Made by a program: the position numbers and the translations under genes
The notes under the pieces: generated by a model
The model's input: the letters and a program-made list of their open reading frames with translations, nothing else
What the model was told of the DNA's origin: nothing
The model's database searches: none
Part shown: positions 11,102 through 21,796 of the stretch, piece by piece
Position numbering within the stretch: the stretch's first letter is position 1
Layout of the letters: each line of letters starts with the position of its first letter
From: Macrostomum lignano
Lineage: Eukaryota
Length of the DNA stretch: 64,000 bases
Direction of reading: 5' to 3'
Assembly (NCBI GenBank): GCA_002269645.1
Contig: NIVC01002241.1
Span: 124,001 to 188,000 of the forward strand

Positions 11102-11190
11102 GTGAGCGTGAGGGAATATAGCGCATGATATGATCGTAAAACGTACAACATTTTCCCCAAGGCAAACAATGCAAGGAACAAAATGCAAAC

Positions 11191-11609
11191 CTGTAGCAAG
11201 ATTTCACCAAAGGATCCGGACAGTCGCGCTGAATGTGCTCAGACGAGCCGCAGTTGTAGCAGGCCCCGGCAACAATATCTCGCTGGCATTGACTGGCCAC
11301 ATGGCCAAGGCAGTTGCACTTGTAGCAGCGGGTCAGGCCGCCCCGGTAGCAGTTGCGGGCCAGGTGGCCGGATCGGTTGCACTTGAAGCACACCGGCACG
11401 CCGTTATTGTCAACAATACCGCCGCCGTCGCTGCCTCCATCTTGCCGGTTGGCTCGTCGACTGCGACCGCGACTGCGACCTCGCCCGCCGCCGCCACCGC
11501 CTCGGCCGGTTTTTCTTTGTTGGCCAGCAGCGCCAGCACCGTCGCCTCGTTCATTGGGACAGTCGCGGGCAAAGTGGCCAACCTCTCCGCAGTTGTAGCA
11601 GCTGGACAT
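11191..11609 (-). CDS. CNBP: CNBP-like coding exon 1; full protein 211 aa with 7 CCHC knuckles and an RGG linker after knuckle 1
   Basis: ATG at 11609 (MSSCYNCGEVGHFARDC), RG-rich linker, knuckles 2-4, donor AG|GTTTGC at 11190. Exons sum to 419+138+79=636 nt, in frame. Architecture matches CNBP. Confidence 0.92.
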
Positions 11610-12150
11610 TGCTTCAAAAATGTTCACTTTTAGACTTGGCTATTTTATCTTAGCAGACGACTGCTTTAGTTGCTGACACCTAGCAGCAACTGGAATTTGC
11701 ATTGGATTATAAACTTGCTATTAAAAGCTTGAAAACAAAAAAGGATATTTTTCTTAAATATTTAGATAATAAACTGTACTGATTCTTAAACTATTTAAAT
11801 ATATCTTATTTAGATGATTTATAGGAAGGCTGCCTATACATAGTACTAAACTTTTAACCAATCAATATATAATTTTGGGGATACAAAAGAAAGTAAACAA
11901 AGTTTATATCACATAAAAGTAAACTAGAGTATAATATTTTGATATAGCAAAGATAGTGTACTAAAATAAATAATGAAATAATAAAATATACATTGAGCTA
12001 AAAGGGAAAACATAACCAGGCATAAAAATAGAATACTATTTCAATAGCCCTTTTTAGATAATTATAATATGAGCTACAAAAAATTATTTATAGCTATGGC
12101 CTAGGCCATGGTTAGGTGTAGGCCCCTATAGGTAGAATTTTTGAAGGATA

Positions 12151-13132
12151 CGAGGGGTGTCTTAAAAGTCGGTGCACTTTCTTTACAACAGCCTTTTCTG
12201 ACCGATCAGAAATATTTATTTTGTAGCAGTTAACAAGAGAATTATCTGCCCGTTAAAATGACTTTCTATTTATTTCTGTATCTGCTGGCATTATATAGAT
12301 ATGAGCAATTTTATGCCCCACCACCTGTGCTACTTCTACAAATTACCATAGACCAAAGCTTTGTACCTGATGCACGAAACAATCAACGAATCAATAAAAC
12401 ATCCGCAGCATGAAAGCTGAGGAAAGAACAGTCAAAAGTTAATCATCAAAATTGTCCTGAGGCTTCTCCACATAGTCACCACTGCGCTGCACACTTCTGC
12501 TATCAGCTGTGCATGTCGTCAAGGGCATCAGCAATATCTGAGCGCGGCATACCATGAAGGAGAACTTGGCGAGTCAATGCTTCCCTAGGCTCCCACAACA
12601 AGCAAAGATTCGTCCATGCAGCAGCTTCTTTATCTTTAAAAAGATGGAAAAGTCAGCTGTCAACAAATTCGGAGAGAAGGCGTTGGTGTGAGAGCAGCTC
12701 AAAATTTGCCTGCTCGATCGTCTCCTCCGTATTCTTGGCCGTGTGGGGACTTGCATTGTCATGGTGCAGAAGGTGCGGAGCCACGGTAATTAGTGGGCCG
12801 AGATCTTTGACAGTTCCAACTCCGCAGTCATGGTGCGGTATGGAACAGTGAACTTTGGACTGCGGATTTCATGCTGCGGATGTTTTGTTGATTCGTTAAA
12901 TGTTTCGTTGTTTCGTGCATTAGGTACAAAGCTTTGGTCTATGGCAATTTGTAGAGTAGTAGCACAGGGGTGGGGCATAAAATTGCTCATATCTATAGAA
13001 TGCCAGCAGATACAGAAATGAATAGAAAGTCATTTTAACGGGCAGATAATTCTCTGTTAACTGCTACAAAATAAATATTTCTGATCGGTCAGAAAAGGCT
13101 GTTGTAAAGAAAGTGCACCGACTTTTGGGACA
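12151..13132 (-). mobile_element. Internally deleted long-TIR mariner (second family), non-autonomous
   Basis: About 265-bp imperfect TIRs (12151-12415 and 12867-13132); left end TA|CGAGGGGTGT. Interior minus-strand remnant LHHDNASPHTAKNT.../SPNLLTADFSIF..KKLLHGRIF.../SGDYVEK matches the mariner C-terminus, with frameshifts. Confidence 0.88.
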
Positions 13133-13194
13133 TTTGGGACAGTTATTTTTGAAAGCAGAATAAATTATTTCCATAGTTGATATCTATATCATAC

Positions 13195-13380
13195 TTTGGT
13201 AGTGCAAACTCCCACTTGAAGTTCTATTATTTTAAATTTTCTAATAACATATTATGGACTAACGGTAGACTTTCCCATTTTTCCGTTGCCCTGTTTGTGG
13301 CCCTATCTGCCTACCCTATGGCGCAGTTCTATGCCATATTTTTCGGTCCACATTCTGGCCTACCTTACCCCTTTTCTGGC
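13195..13380 (+). mobile_element. Truncated, diverged copy of the 5' part of the Gypsy LTR
   Basis: TTTGGTAGTGCAAACTCCCACT ... GCCCTGTTTGTGGCCCTATCTGCCTACC aligns with LTR start TGTGGTAGTTGCGGACTCCCACT ... GCCCCATTTCTGGCCCTACCTGTCTACC. Confidence 0.6.
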
Positions 13381-13384
13381 CTTG

Positions 13385-13902
13385 TGTGGTAGTTGCGGAC
13401 TCCCACTAACAATTTTTTTTAATTTCATAATAATATTTTACGGACTCTCCCATTTGCCGCCGCCCCATTTCTGGCCCTACCTGTCTACCCCCCCCCGGCG
13501 AAATCTATGACGTGTTTTGTCCCTCTTTCTGGTATAACTGCTCTGAGACTTCAACGTTCCGTAATACAAAATTACGGTGGTGGCAGCGCTACTTTACTGG
13601 AAGTAATCAGTCAAGCATTCGAGGTACATCAATTTGGTGTCTGAGGACCCTATCTGAACGCTCGCGCCTAACAAAGACTGCTCGTCTACGACCAAACTAC
13701 CCTCCCCCCGGAATTGAGGACCCCGGCAGCCGGAGTAACAGGAGAAATTTCGTTGAGATTTGTCTGCGCAATATTTCCAGATTTAATTCGTGCAAATTCA
13801 ACGTCGGCGGCAATTCAAAATAAAACCGCCCCACCTCATTGGTGTCAGCAAACCCTGCCAAATTTACCGCCAAATATATTTTCATTCTCAGCCCCCACCT
13901 CA
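13385..13902 (+). repeat. 5' LTR (TG...CA, 518 bp)
   Basis: Starts TGTGGTAG and ends CCCCCACCTCA; colinear with 21797-23398 and followed by a PBS-like sequence. Confidence 0.75.
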
Positions 13903-13903
13903 C

Positions 13904-13924
13904 TGGTGGTCAGCTAAGTGGGAT
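13904..13924 (+). promoter_or_regulatory. Primer-binding site, tRNA-Leu-like with 3 extra bases
   Basis: TGGTGgTCAGctAAGTGGGAT versus the tRNA-Leu complement TGGTGTCAGAAGTGGGAT (from memory); lies 1 nt after the LTR CA. Confidence 0.55.
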
Positions 13925-13970
13925 ATCGAAACGCCACAACCCATTCGACGAGTCGTTCAGAATCTACGCT

Positions 13971-15381
13971 ATGGCTTCAACTAATAATTCAACGGCCGCG
14001 GAGGCAACAGCTGACGCCGCAGGCCCCGACAATTCAGCAACGAGACCGACCTACGACGAGATGATTCGGGCGGTGACCGACGAGGTGCGACGGCGTTTGG
14101 AGCAGACCAGCCTGGGCCAGCCGCAGCACCATCACCATGTGTCCATGTGTACCAGCAGCCCCAGCAGCAGGATCGAGCTCCGGCACCAAAACCGGTCAAG
14201 ATTGAGCGGTACACCCAAAACCAGGAATTCGACGTCTGGATCCAGGCTCTCGAGGAGCGTTATGAGCTCAACGGGATCACAGACGACAGACGAAAGAAGG
14301 CGGAGGTCCTAGTGAATTTGGACATCGCCACAACCTATCCCGCAGTCGTCAGGATGGAGCTGCCAGACAACCTAACGTTTGGTGAGTTCAAACAGCGATT
14401 GTCTGAACGCTTTACCCATGTAGCCGACACGCTGGAGTACCGGGAGCAGTTTTGGAGCTGCCAGCAAGGCAAGAATGAGAGCGTTGACGACTACGGCGAT
14501 CGATTAATTGCTCTGGCCGATCGAGCGTTTCCGCACTTTACCCAGTTCAGAAGCAGGCTGAACTGGTGGATCAGTTCACGGTTGGAGTGCGAATCGCCCA
14601 GTCGGCCCGAGAACAGCTAATCCTGGTGAGACCGCAGAATCTGACTGCCGCGAGAAGGGATGTGCTACGCCTGGAGACAGCAGCTAGCCTGGCTCAGCGA
14701 GTAGCACCGCCGCCAGCAGCGAGACATGTACGGGTTCTCGAGAATGACGACAGTCAGACGCCCACTGCGGTGCAACACGACGCCAAGTCATCTCGGCCCG
14801 AGGAAAACTGGTTGCGTGAGGTGATGGAACAACAAGCGGAAACTCTGCAAGAGCAGCGACGAATTCTGGAAACCTTAAGCAACGAAATGCGAGAGTTCTA
14901 CTCTCGGGGATCGCGCGATAACGACGCCCCGGAGCCATGGGAACCAGCTCGCCATCAGCCGCGGGACTCGTGGGGCCAACGCTCCAGATGTTTGGCACCC
15001 CCAACTCCTCGCCGCAGCGCCGACGGAAGCGCCCAATTTACGACACCCGGCACACGTAATGTGCAGCATCAACAGTTCCATCAGCTTCAGCAACCGCGAG
15101 ACGGCAGCAACCCGCCGCCGAGGACACCGCCAGCAGGAGGTCAACGTCGACAACATCAGCAGCCGCAGCAGTCGCAGCAACAGACGAGTTTGCGCCCGCC
15201 GCCCTATCAGCTGCGGCGGCAGAACGCAATGTGCTACAGGTGCAATCGTGAGCATCGCAGCGATGAAAGCCCGCATCGACGGTTGGCCAGCACTGTGCCC
15301 CAGCAAAACGGCAGCTCGGGAAACGGGACGGCTGGACGCGCCATCGGGGGCAGCGCCATCCAGCAGCCGAGCCAGCACTAA
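13971..15381 (+). pseudogene. Gypsy gag, frameshifted
   Basis: ATG at 13971; capsid-like ERYTQNQEFDVWIQALEERYELNG; degenerate knuckle CYRCNREHRSDES. Split over three ORF-track frames. Confidence 0.8.
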
Positions 15382-18300
15382 AGTCCCCGCCGAGGACTTT
15401 AGTCGCTCAGCAGGCCACTGCTGAGACCGCCTCCGCTGCAGCTGTACAGAACTCTGCACCCAAGCGACCTCGAAGGATCCGTTTCTAACTGGTGAGATTC
15501 AGGGCCGCTATTTTGCTTTTCTGCTTGACACCGGCTCCAAGTGTGAAGTCCTAGGATTCGGCACCTGGAACCGGCTATGTACTGATGACCCAACCCTGCG
15601 TGGCCAAATTGAGCCCTGCCTGCAACGCATCGTGACCTACAATGGCGAACCAATCCAGATGGCAGGCCAACTAACTATTAAAGTTAAAATAGGAAATTCT
15701 GAGCCAACAGTCAAGTTTCTACTAGCGAAAGGGTCGCATGACAACATCCTGGGCTTCGAGTTTCTAGAGAACTACAGCACCTCACTGGATCTCGCCGCCG
15801 GGATGCTGTTCTTCAAGGACGGCGCAGCCGCACCACCTCGCTACACGGGAACCGAAGCTACCGAATTTATACAGCCGAAAGCACTACTGTGATACCATTA
15901 TCATCAGCCCGAATCAAAATCAAATTAGCAAAAGGACGAGAAGAAAACCTCGTAGGGGCCACACGATCTCGGCCGAACTCACCTGGTCACCCACAACATC
16001 GTGCTGAAGGACAAGGATCCGGTACACCTGCCGACGCAAAGGATTCCGCCGCATCTGTTACCGAAGGTGGATCAGCTGCTAGACGACCTACTAGCCAAAG
16101 GTGTGATTAGACCGAGCTTCTCCAGCTACAACACCCTGCTGGTGATCATCCCGAAGAAGGACGGCAGCCTGAGAATTGTGCAAGATTTTCGGAGTCTGAA
16201 CCAGAAATGTGAGTACTTTCCGTACCCGATTCCTAACATTCAAAAAGCATTCGCCAGCCTCGAAGGAAGCCAGCTGTTTAGTACATTCGATTTAAACAGT
16301 GGCTACTATCAGATTCCTCTGCGTCCAGAAGATAAAGATCTGACTGCCTTTGCCACGCTGCACCGCGGACAATTCGCCTATAATGTTATGCCTATGGGAT
16401 TGAGCTCGGCGCCAGCCAGCTTCATGCGCCTCATGAACGCTGTGCTTAACGGGATCGCCTACATAAGTGCAATAGCCTATTTAGATGATGTCATCGTTTA
16501 TTCCAAGAAGTTCGAAGACCATCTGCAGCATATGGAAGAAGTTTTCAAACGAGTTTAAGAAGCCAATCTAAAATTTAAAGGCAAGAAGTGCCATTTATTT
16601 CGGGCAAGCCTAAACTATTTGGGACACCTAGTAACTAAAGACGGCATCAAAACCGACCCGGCGAAAATTGAAGCAATTCAGACCTGGCCAAGACCACGAA
16701 CAGCGCGACAACTGAAAAGTTTTGTCTGCACGTGCGCTTATTATGCTAAATTCGTACCTGGCTACGCAGAACTTGCAGCTCCGCTCCATGATTTAATCAA
16801 GGAAAAGAAGATTCGGAATTTCAATTGTCTATGGGGAAAAGCCCAGCAAGACGCGTTCGACCAGCTCAAGGCAGCTATGACTTCGACATCAGTGCTCGCG
16901 TATCCGCAGTTCAGTGAGGATCCTGAAGTAATGTTTATCTTGGACACGGATGCTTCTGCGACCAGGATCGGAGCCTGCCTGAGCCAACGCCAAGCTGATG
17001 AGATTGAGCGCCCAATCGGCTATTTCTCCCGGCGACTCAAGCCAGCCGAAGCCAGATACCCGATTACTAAACAGGAACTCTTGGCAGTCGTAGATGGGAT
17101 GCAACACTTCCGCTTCTACCTGCTGGCCAAGAAGTTCATCTGCCGAACCGATAATGCCGCGTTGACCTGGATCCTAAGGCGAACTCAGCAAGTAGGCATC
17201 TTTGGACGATGGCTACAGAGACTCAGCGAATTTGAGTTCGAAATCCAGCACCGCAAATCAAGTCAGCATCAAAATGCCGACGGTCTCTCGAAACGGCCCG
17301 AGGAAGACGCCGAATGCTTGGAGGAGACTTAGCGCGAGGAAGCTGACAAGGACCAAAGTAAGCAGCCAGCCGCGATAACTGGCGCAGCGGCGCCAAAGGT
17401 CCACGACAGCAGCTACCCTAGCCCTCCACCGAGCAAGAAGCCATCGACCCGCCGAAATCGACGGAGGCCGCCGACCTAACCGAAAGAGTCCAACGGCGAG
17501 GCTACGCCGCCAGCAACACCGCCAGCCGACAGCAAGCCGCTGACAGAGCTGCAACCGCCGGCGACGAAGCTGAGGCCAGCTGCCAGTCGTTATCGGGACT
17601 CACGGAGGTCGCCCACCAGTTTTAGCAGTAGCACGACATGTTGCCCTAATAGGAGCCGCTGACTACTAGCTGAAGGTGACGAGGACAGCGACCACAGTGC
17701 AGCCAGAGATGACCGCTGCCAACCCGCTCGCTGCCCTAAGTTCAAGAAGGTGAGGTTCAGCAGCGACGCCGACAGCTCCGCTGACTCATCATCATCTGCT
17801 GACAAACCCAAATCTGACAACAGTGACGCCGAAGTAACCGACAAGGATCGGCCCTTAAAATCATCAACAGCCCGGCAACCGGTTAGAGTAGCGATCATGC
17901 GGAGGGAGCTCCAGACCCCGAACCATGCCGCCACAGCCGATGCCTCGCCAGCAAATCCTACGGACAGACGCCGAACTCTGAACTTGACAGATCATATCCC
18001 GAGGCCAGTCACTCGTGAGGAGCTCCAGACCCATCAGCGAGCTGACTCCGCCATCGCCATGGTGATCAATCTATTGGAAACCCGACAACCGAAGCTGCCG
18101 ATGAATCAACGTCTGAACATGACTAGAGACGAACGAAACATGTTAGCATTTTACGAACAGCTCGAAGTCCGAGACGATGGACTATTAGTAATACATCTCG
18201 AAGATGTTGGCGAAGAAGATAAAGCCAAGACTGCCAAGAAGTCTCGATGCCACCGTGTTTGCCGAACTGCATGATTCGCCCTACTGCGGACACATGGGCC

Positions 18301-19532
18301 GAGACCTCACCATCGCTAAAGTGCGCGAAAAATTCTGGCGACCTGCCCTGGCCAAGGCAGTGTCCGACCATGTCGCTTCCTGCCAGACCTGCACTTTAAG
18401 CAAAGGACGGCGACGAATTCCGGCGCATGTACAGTCGTTCCCGGTCTACGAAATCTATGGGCGATGCGCTATCGACATATTCTGGGCACCACTGGAGACC
18501 CGACAGATCGAGAAAATGAGTACATCCTGACCTACGTCGACACCACGTCGAAATACCCCTTCGCCTTCGCCATGAAGAACCAGCGCGCCAAAACAATAAT
18601 CACGCTCCTGCAAGAGCAAGTCTTTCCGATCACCGGAATCCCCGCTTGGATTCATTCGGATCAAGGCAAGCAATTCACAGGGCATGAGTTCCGACACTTC
18701 TGCGAAGTCTACGGCATCAGGCAGACGACGCCGCCATATTCGCCCTGGGCTAATGGACAAGCCGAATCATGCAATAAGAATATTAAGAAGGTGCTCACCT
18801 GTCTCCTAGAAGATCATCTGATCAACAGTGGGACAAGATGCTGCCAGCCGCTTTGACTGCACTAAGATCCGCCGTCAATCGTGCTACTGGTTTCTCGCCG
18901 CACTATGTTGTCTACGGAGTGCCCACCCTATCGACAACACCCTAGACCGCCTGGATGTATCGGCTGACCTCCCAGAGTACATTGCCAAGCATCAGCGCAG
19001 ACTGGCCGAGACCGAGCGTATTGTGCGACAGCGACTGAGAGCAGAGATCCAGCGCCGAGAAGAGTATTATGAGAACCGGCCGAGGCCAGCAGAACAGCAG
19101 CCAGGAGACCTGGTCTGCCTGGCCAACCCGAAGCTCGAGTTGGGAGAGTTGCCCAAGTTTCACCGGCCGTATAAGAGCATGTATAAGGTTGTTAAGAAAG
19201 TCGGAGAAGTCGCCTACTGGATCAAACCTGCCACCGCACGACGAGGACGCCCAGCCGAAGTGCTTGTACACCGGAACAACATCATCAAGGTGCCGCAAAT
19301 GATGGCCAAACGACCGCAGGAGCCGCAGCAACAAACTGAACGGCCAATTTTGCCCTACGAGTCGAGCGAGGAAAGCGAAGAGGACTCAGCTGATCAGCCC
19401 GCACCGGAACAGCAGGCCGCAGCTCAGCCTGATCTGCGAGGCACCCAACTATTCGAGCCGAGCCTGTGCCATCCTGAAGTGCTAGAAGACGATCCTGACC
19501 TGCCAGACATCGGAATGGAGGTCGAAATTTAA
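15324..19532 (+). pseudogene. Gypsy pol (protease, RT, RNase H, integrase) with premature stops and frameshifts
   Basis: FLLDTGS (about 15520); RT YLDDV; RNase H LDTDAS, KQELLA, TDN, NADGLS; integrase HHCC (LHDSPYCGH...CQTC), VDTTSKY, HSDQGKQF, NGQAES, GPY/F-like region. Stops at 16556 and 17330. Confidence 0.93.
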
Positions 19533-19680
19533 GGTAATTAACTGCGAAATTAACTAAGTGTGCTTTCTGCGAATTTGTATTTGCACACTACTGCCAGTAG
19601 TCTTATTTGCATCTGCGCTTGATTTATTCTGCCACTGTAAACCTTCTCTGCAGCTGCTAATGTGCTGAAGGTTAATTTAA

Positions 19681-19874
19681 AATTTTCTCTATTGTAAACT
19701 TTATGCTTGAGGGTAAAAGCAATTTTCTCTATTGTAAACCTTATGCTTGAGGGTAAAAGCAATTTTCTCTATTGTAAACCTTATGCTTGAGGGTAAAAGC
19801 AATTTTCTCTATTGTAAACCTTATGCTTGAGGGTAAAAGCAATTTCTCTTGTAATTATGCTTGAGGGTAAAAGC
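19681..19874. repeat. 40-bp tandem repeat (4 full plus 1 partial) in the retrotransposon 3' region
   Basis: Unit AATTTTCTCTATTGTAAACCTTATGCTTGAGGGTAAAAGC. Confidence 0.95.
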
Positions 19875-21796
19875 AGATTCTTTTAATGTAACCTTTTGCT
19901 TCTAACAAAAGCAATTTTATACTTTTCTCCTTAAGCTTTCCGGATAAAAGCTGCAATCTATTTATTTCTATGTGCTTATGCTTATACAATGCATTACAAT
20001 AAGCTGCACCCTTGCGCTCATATTTAGCCTTAGGCTTTCTGGTAAAAGCCTGCACAAATGTGTTCATATTTTTCCACATGCGATACATTATTTGTTGTGA
20101 ATATCCCTTTTTCTGTTCTACGAAATTTTGCCGTAAATTTCTCTGCGCATGCCCAGAGTGCTGAAAGTTTTATGCTCATCTCTGTAACATAACACTTGTC
20201 ATTTTCATTTTTTTGTAAACCCTCTTAGCTCCTTGTTCAAAGCTGAAGGAAATTTTTGTTCCACCTGCCAGTTTTTTGACTGCCCTGCCGCACCTGGGTC
20301 AGGCCCTCTTGTTCGAGGCTCTGTTCCTAGTGGGGGCATCTAAGGTGACTAGTGGCTCCTGATCTCTGTCTAGATTAAGCCTAGCCTGGGAAAATTCTTT
20401 TCCAGTGCCTTTTTCTCCTTTTGTTTGTAAAGCTCCTTATGGAGACCTGTTTGCTATTTTGGTTAGTATCTTAGCTATTCAGCTATTCCTATTATTAATG
20501 CTGGTTAGGAACCTCATTTTGCTATCTTATAGTCATTTGTCAAATTCTAACTTATGCTTGCAACTCTTTGTATTTTCCCATGCGACCCCCTTTTTGTGCG
20601 AGCCATTTGGGACCTTCTCAATTCATCGATTCGGTGTTCAGCCTAAAATGCACCCCTAACTTGTGGTTTACCATTTTATTGCCCCTTGATTTTCTCTCCA
20701 CTCCAATCTCCGGGCACGACCCTACTGGAGTGCATGAAGGGGGGTGTTTTTGTGTTTGGCTGTTTTCTGGCCCCTTTGTTTATTATCTGGCCTGCATAGA
20801 AGTATATAAGCATTTAATTTCACTGGGTTAATTTTCTGAATTTTTGTTTCTCTGGCCATCCAGCTAATAATCTGACACCCGATTTGTCCAGCTATATCAT
20901 TTGACAGTTAGTTTATTTTGCCTGACACACTTTGCTCCAGATTGCAAACAGCACCAAACATGTACAGCGACCCTATGTAGAATGGCGCATTAGCGCCTTG
21001 CCGAACTGGTTGCTAACTGTACTCGGTCAATTTGGACGAACTGCGACCCAAACCACTGGAGGCTGCTTATAGCCCAGGACTTGAGATCAATGGCTTCATG
21101 GAGGCAGTGTACAGAATGCCTGTGGCACCTGAGCCAGATCTAGTGCGGCTGCTTGAGCCAGACCACCATGAGACGCCCCCACCTCTACCATTGGCCTGGA
21201 CTAGCGAATCTAGTGACAGCCCTCGCGGAGCTCCAACAGCTGCCCCGCTGGTGACCCTGCGGCCCCTGCAGAAGCTCGGGCATAACATTTGGTGGAGCTA
21301 CTGCTCCTGGAAGCTGAAGGGGCCTCTGCCCAGCGACAAGCCAGCGATGGCCGGAATTGGACCCTATATGCCTAGCACTTCACCCCAGCTGACGTGACCT
21401 TGGTGCTCGATATGGTTGCTGCCGCTACCGCGGCCCGGCTTGGCGATGAAACCGAGGGGCAGCAAATTGGCCCGTGCTGCACGCTGGTGGTGCTAGCCAT
21501 CAATAACACTGCCACCCGCCACTGAGGGCTACCCCTGTCGCTTGAGCAACTTTGCTATGGTACCTATGTAGCCAGCGTGGCCCAAGCCTGCGGTCGCCCA
21601 AACCCAGCCACTACGACTAGCAGCTTAGAGACTAATGGTCAGGAGCCCGCCGCCTAACCTGCCACTTGGACACCAAACAGCTTGGTTGGTGGCACCTGCC
21701 TGGCCAACCAAGGTGGCCGAGCCATAGCTAACCGCGGTCGCTACCCTTAGACTAGAAGGTCTAATCATTCATCTCATGCCACGGCCTGCCGGCACA

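Noticed and set aside
8601-11199. 858-1008-aa Leu/Ser/Phe/Pro ORFs and RE/RQ-rich ORFs
   Set aside because: Read-through of the CNBP intron-1 repeat. A GT donor at 11190 joins in frame to a perfect knuckle exon, explaining the real gene.
13971-19532. Counting gag-pol frameshifts as a measure of element age
   Set aside because: Several are single-base indels that could be long-read consensus errors, and this cannot be resolved without reads.
21032-21397. env-like gene in the Gypsy 3' region
   Set aside because: No signal peptide, furin site or TM segment; short and decayed.
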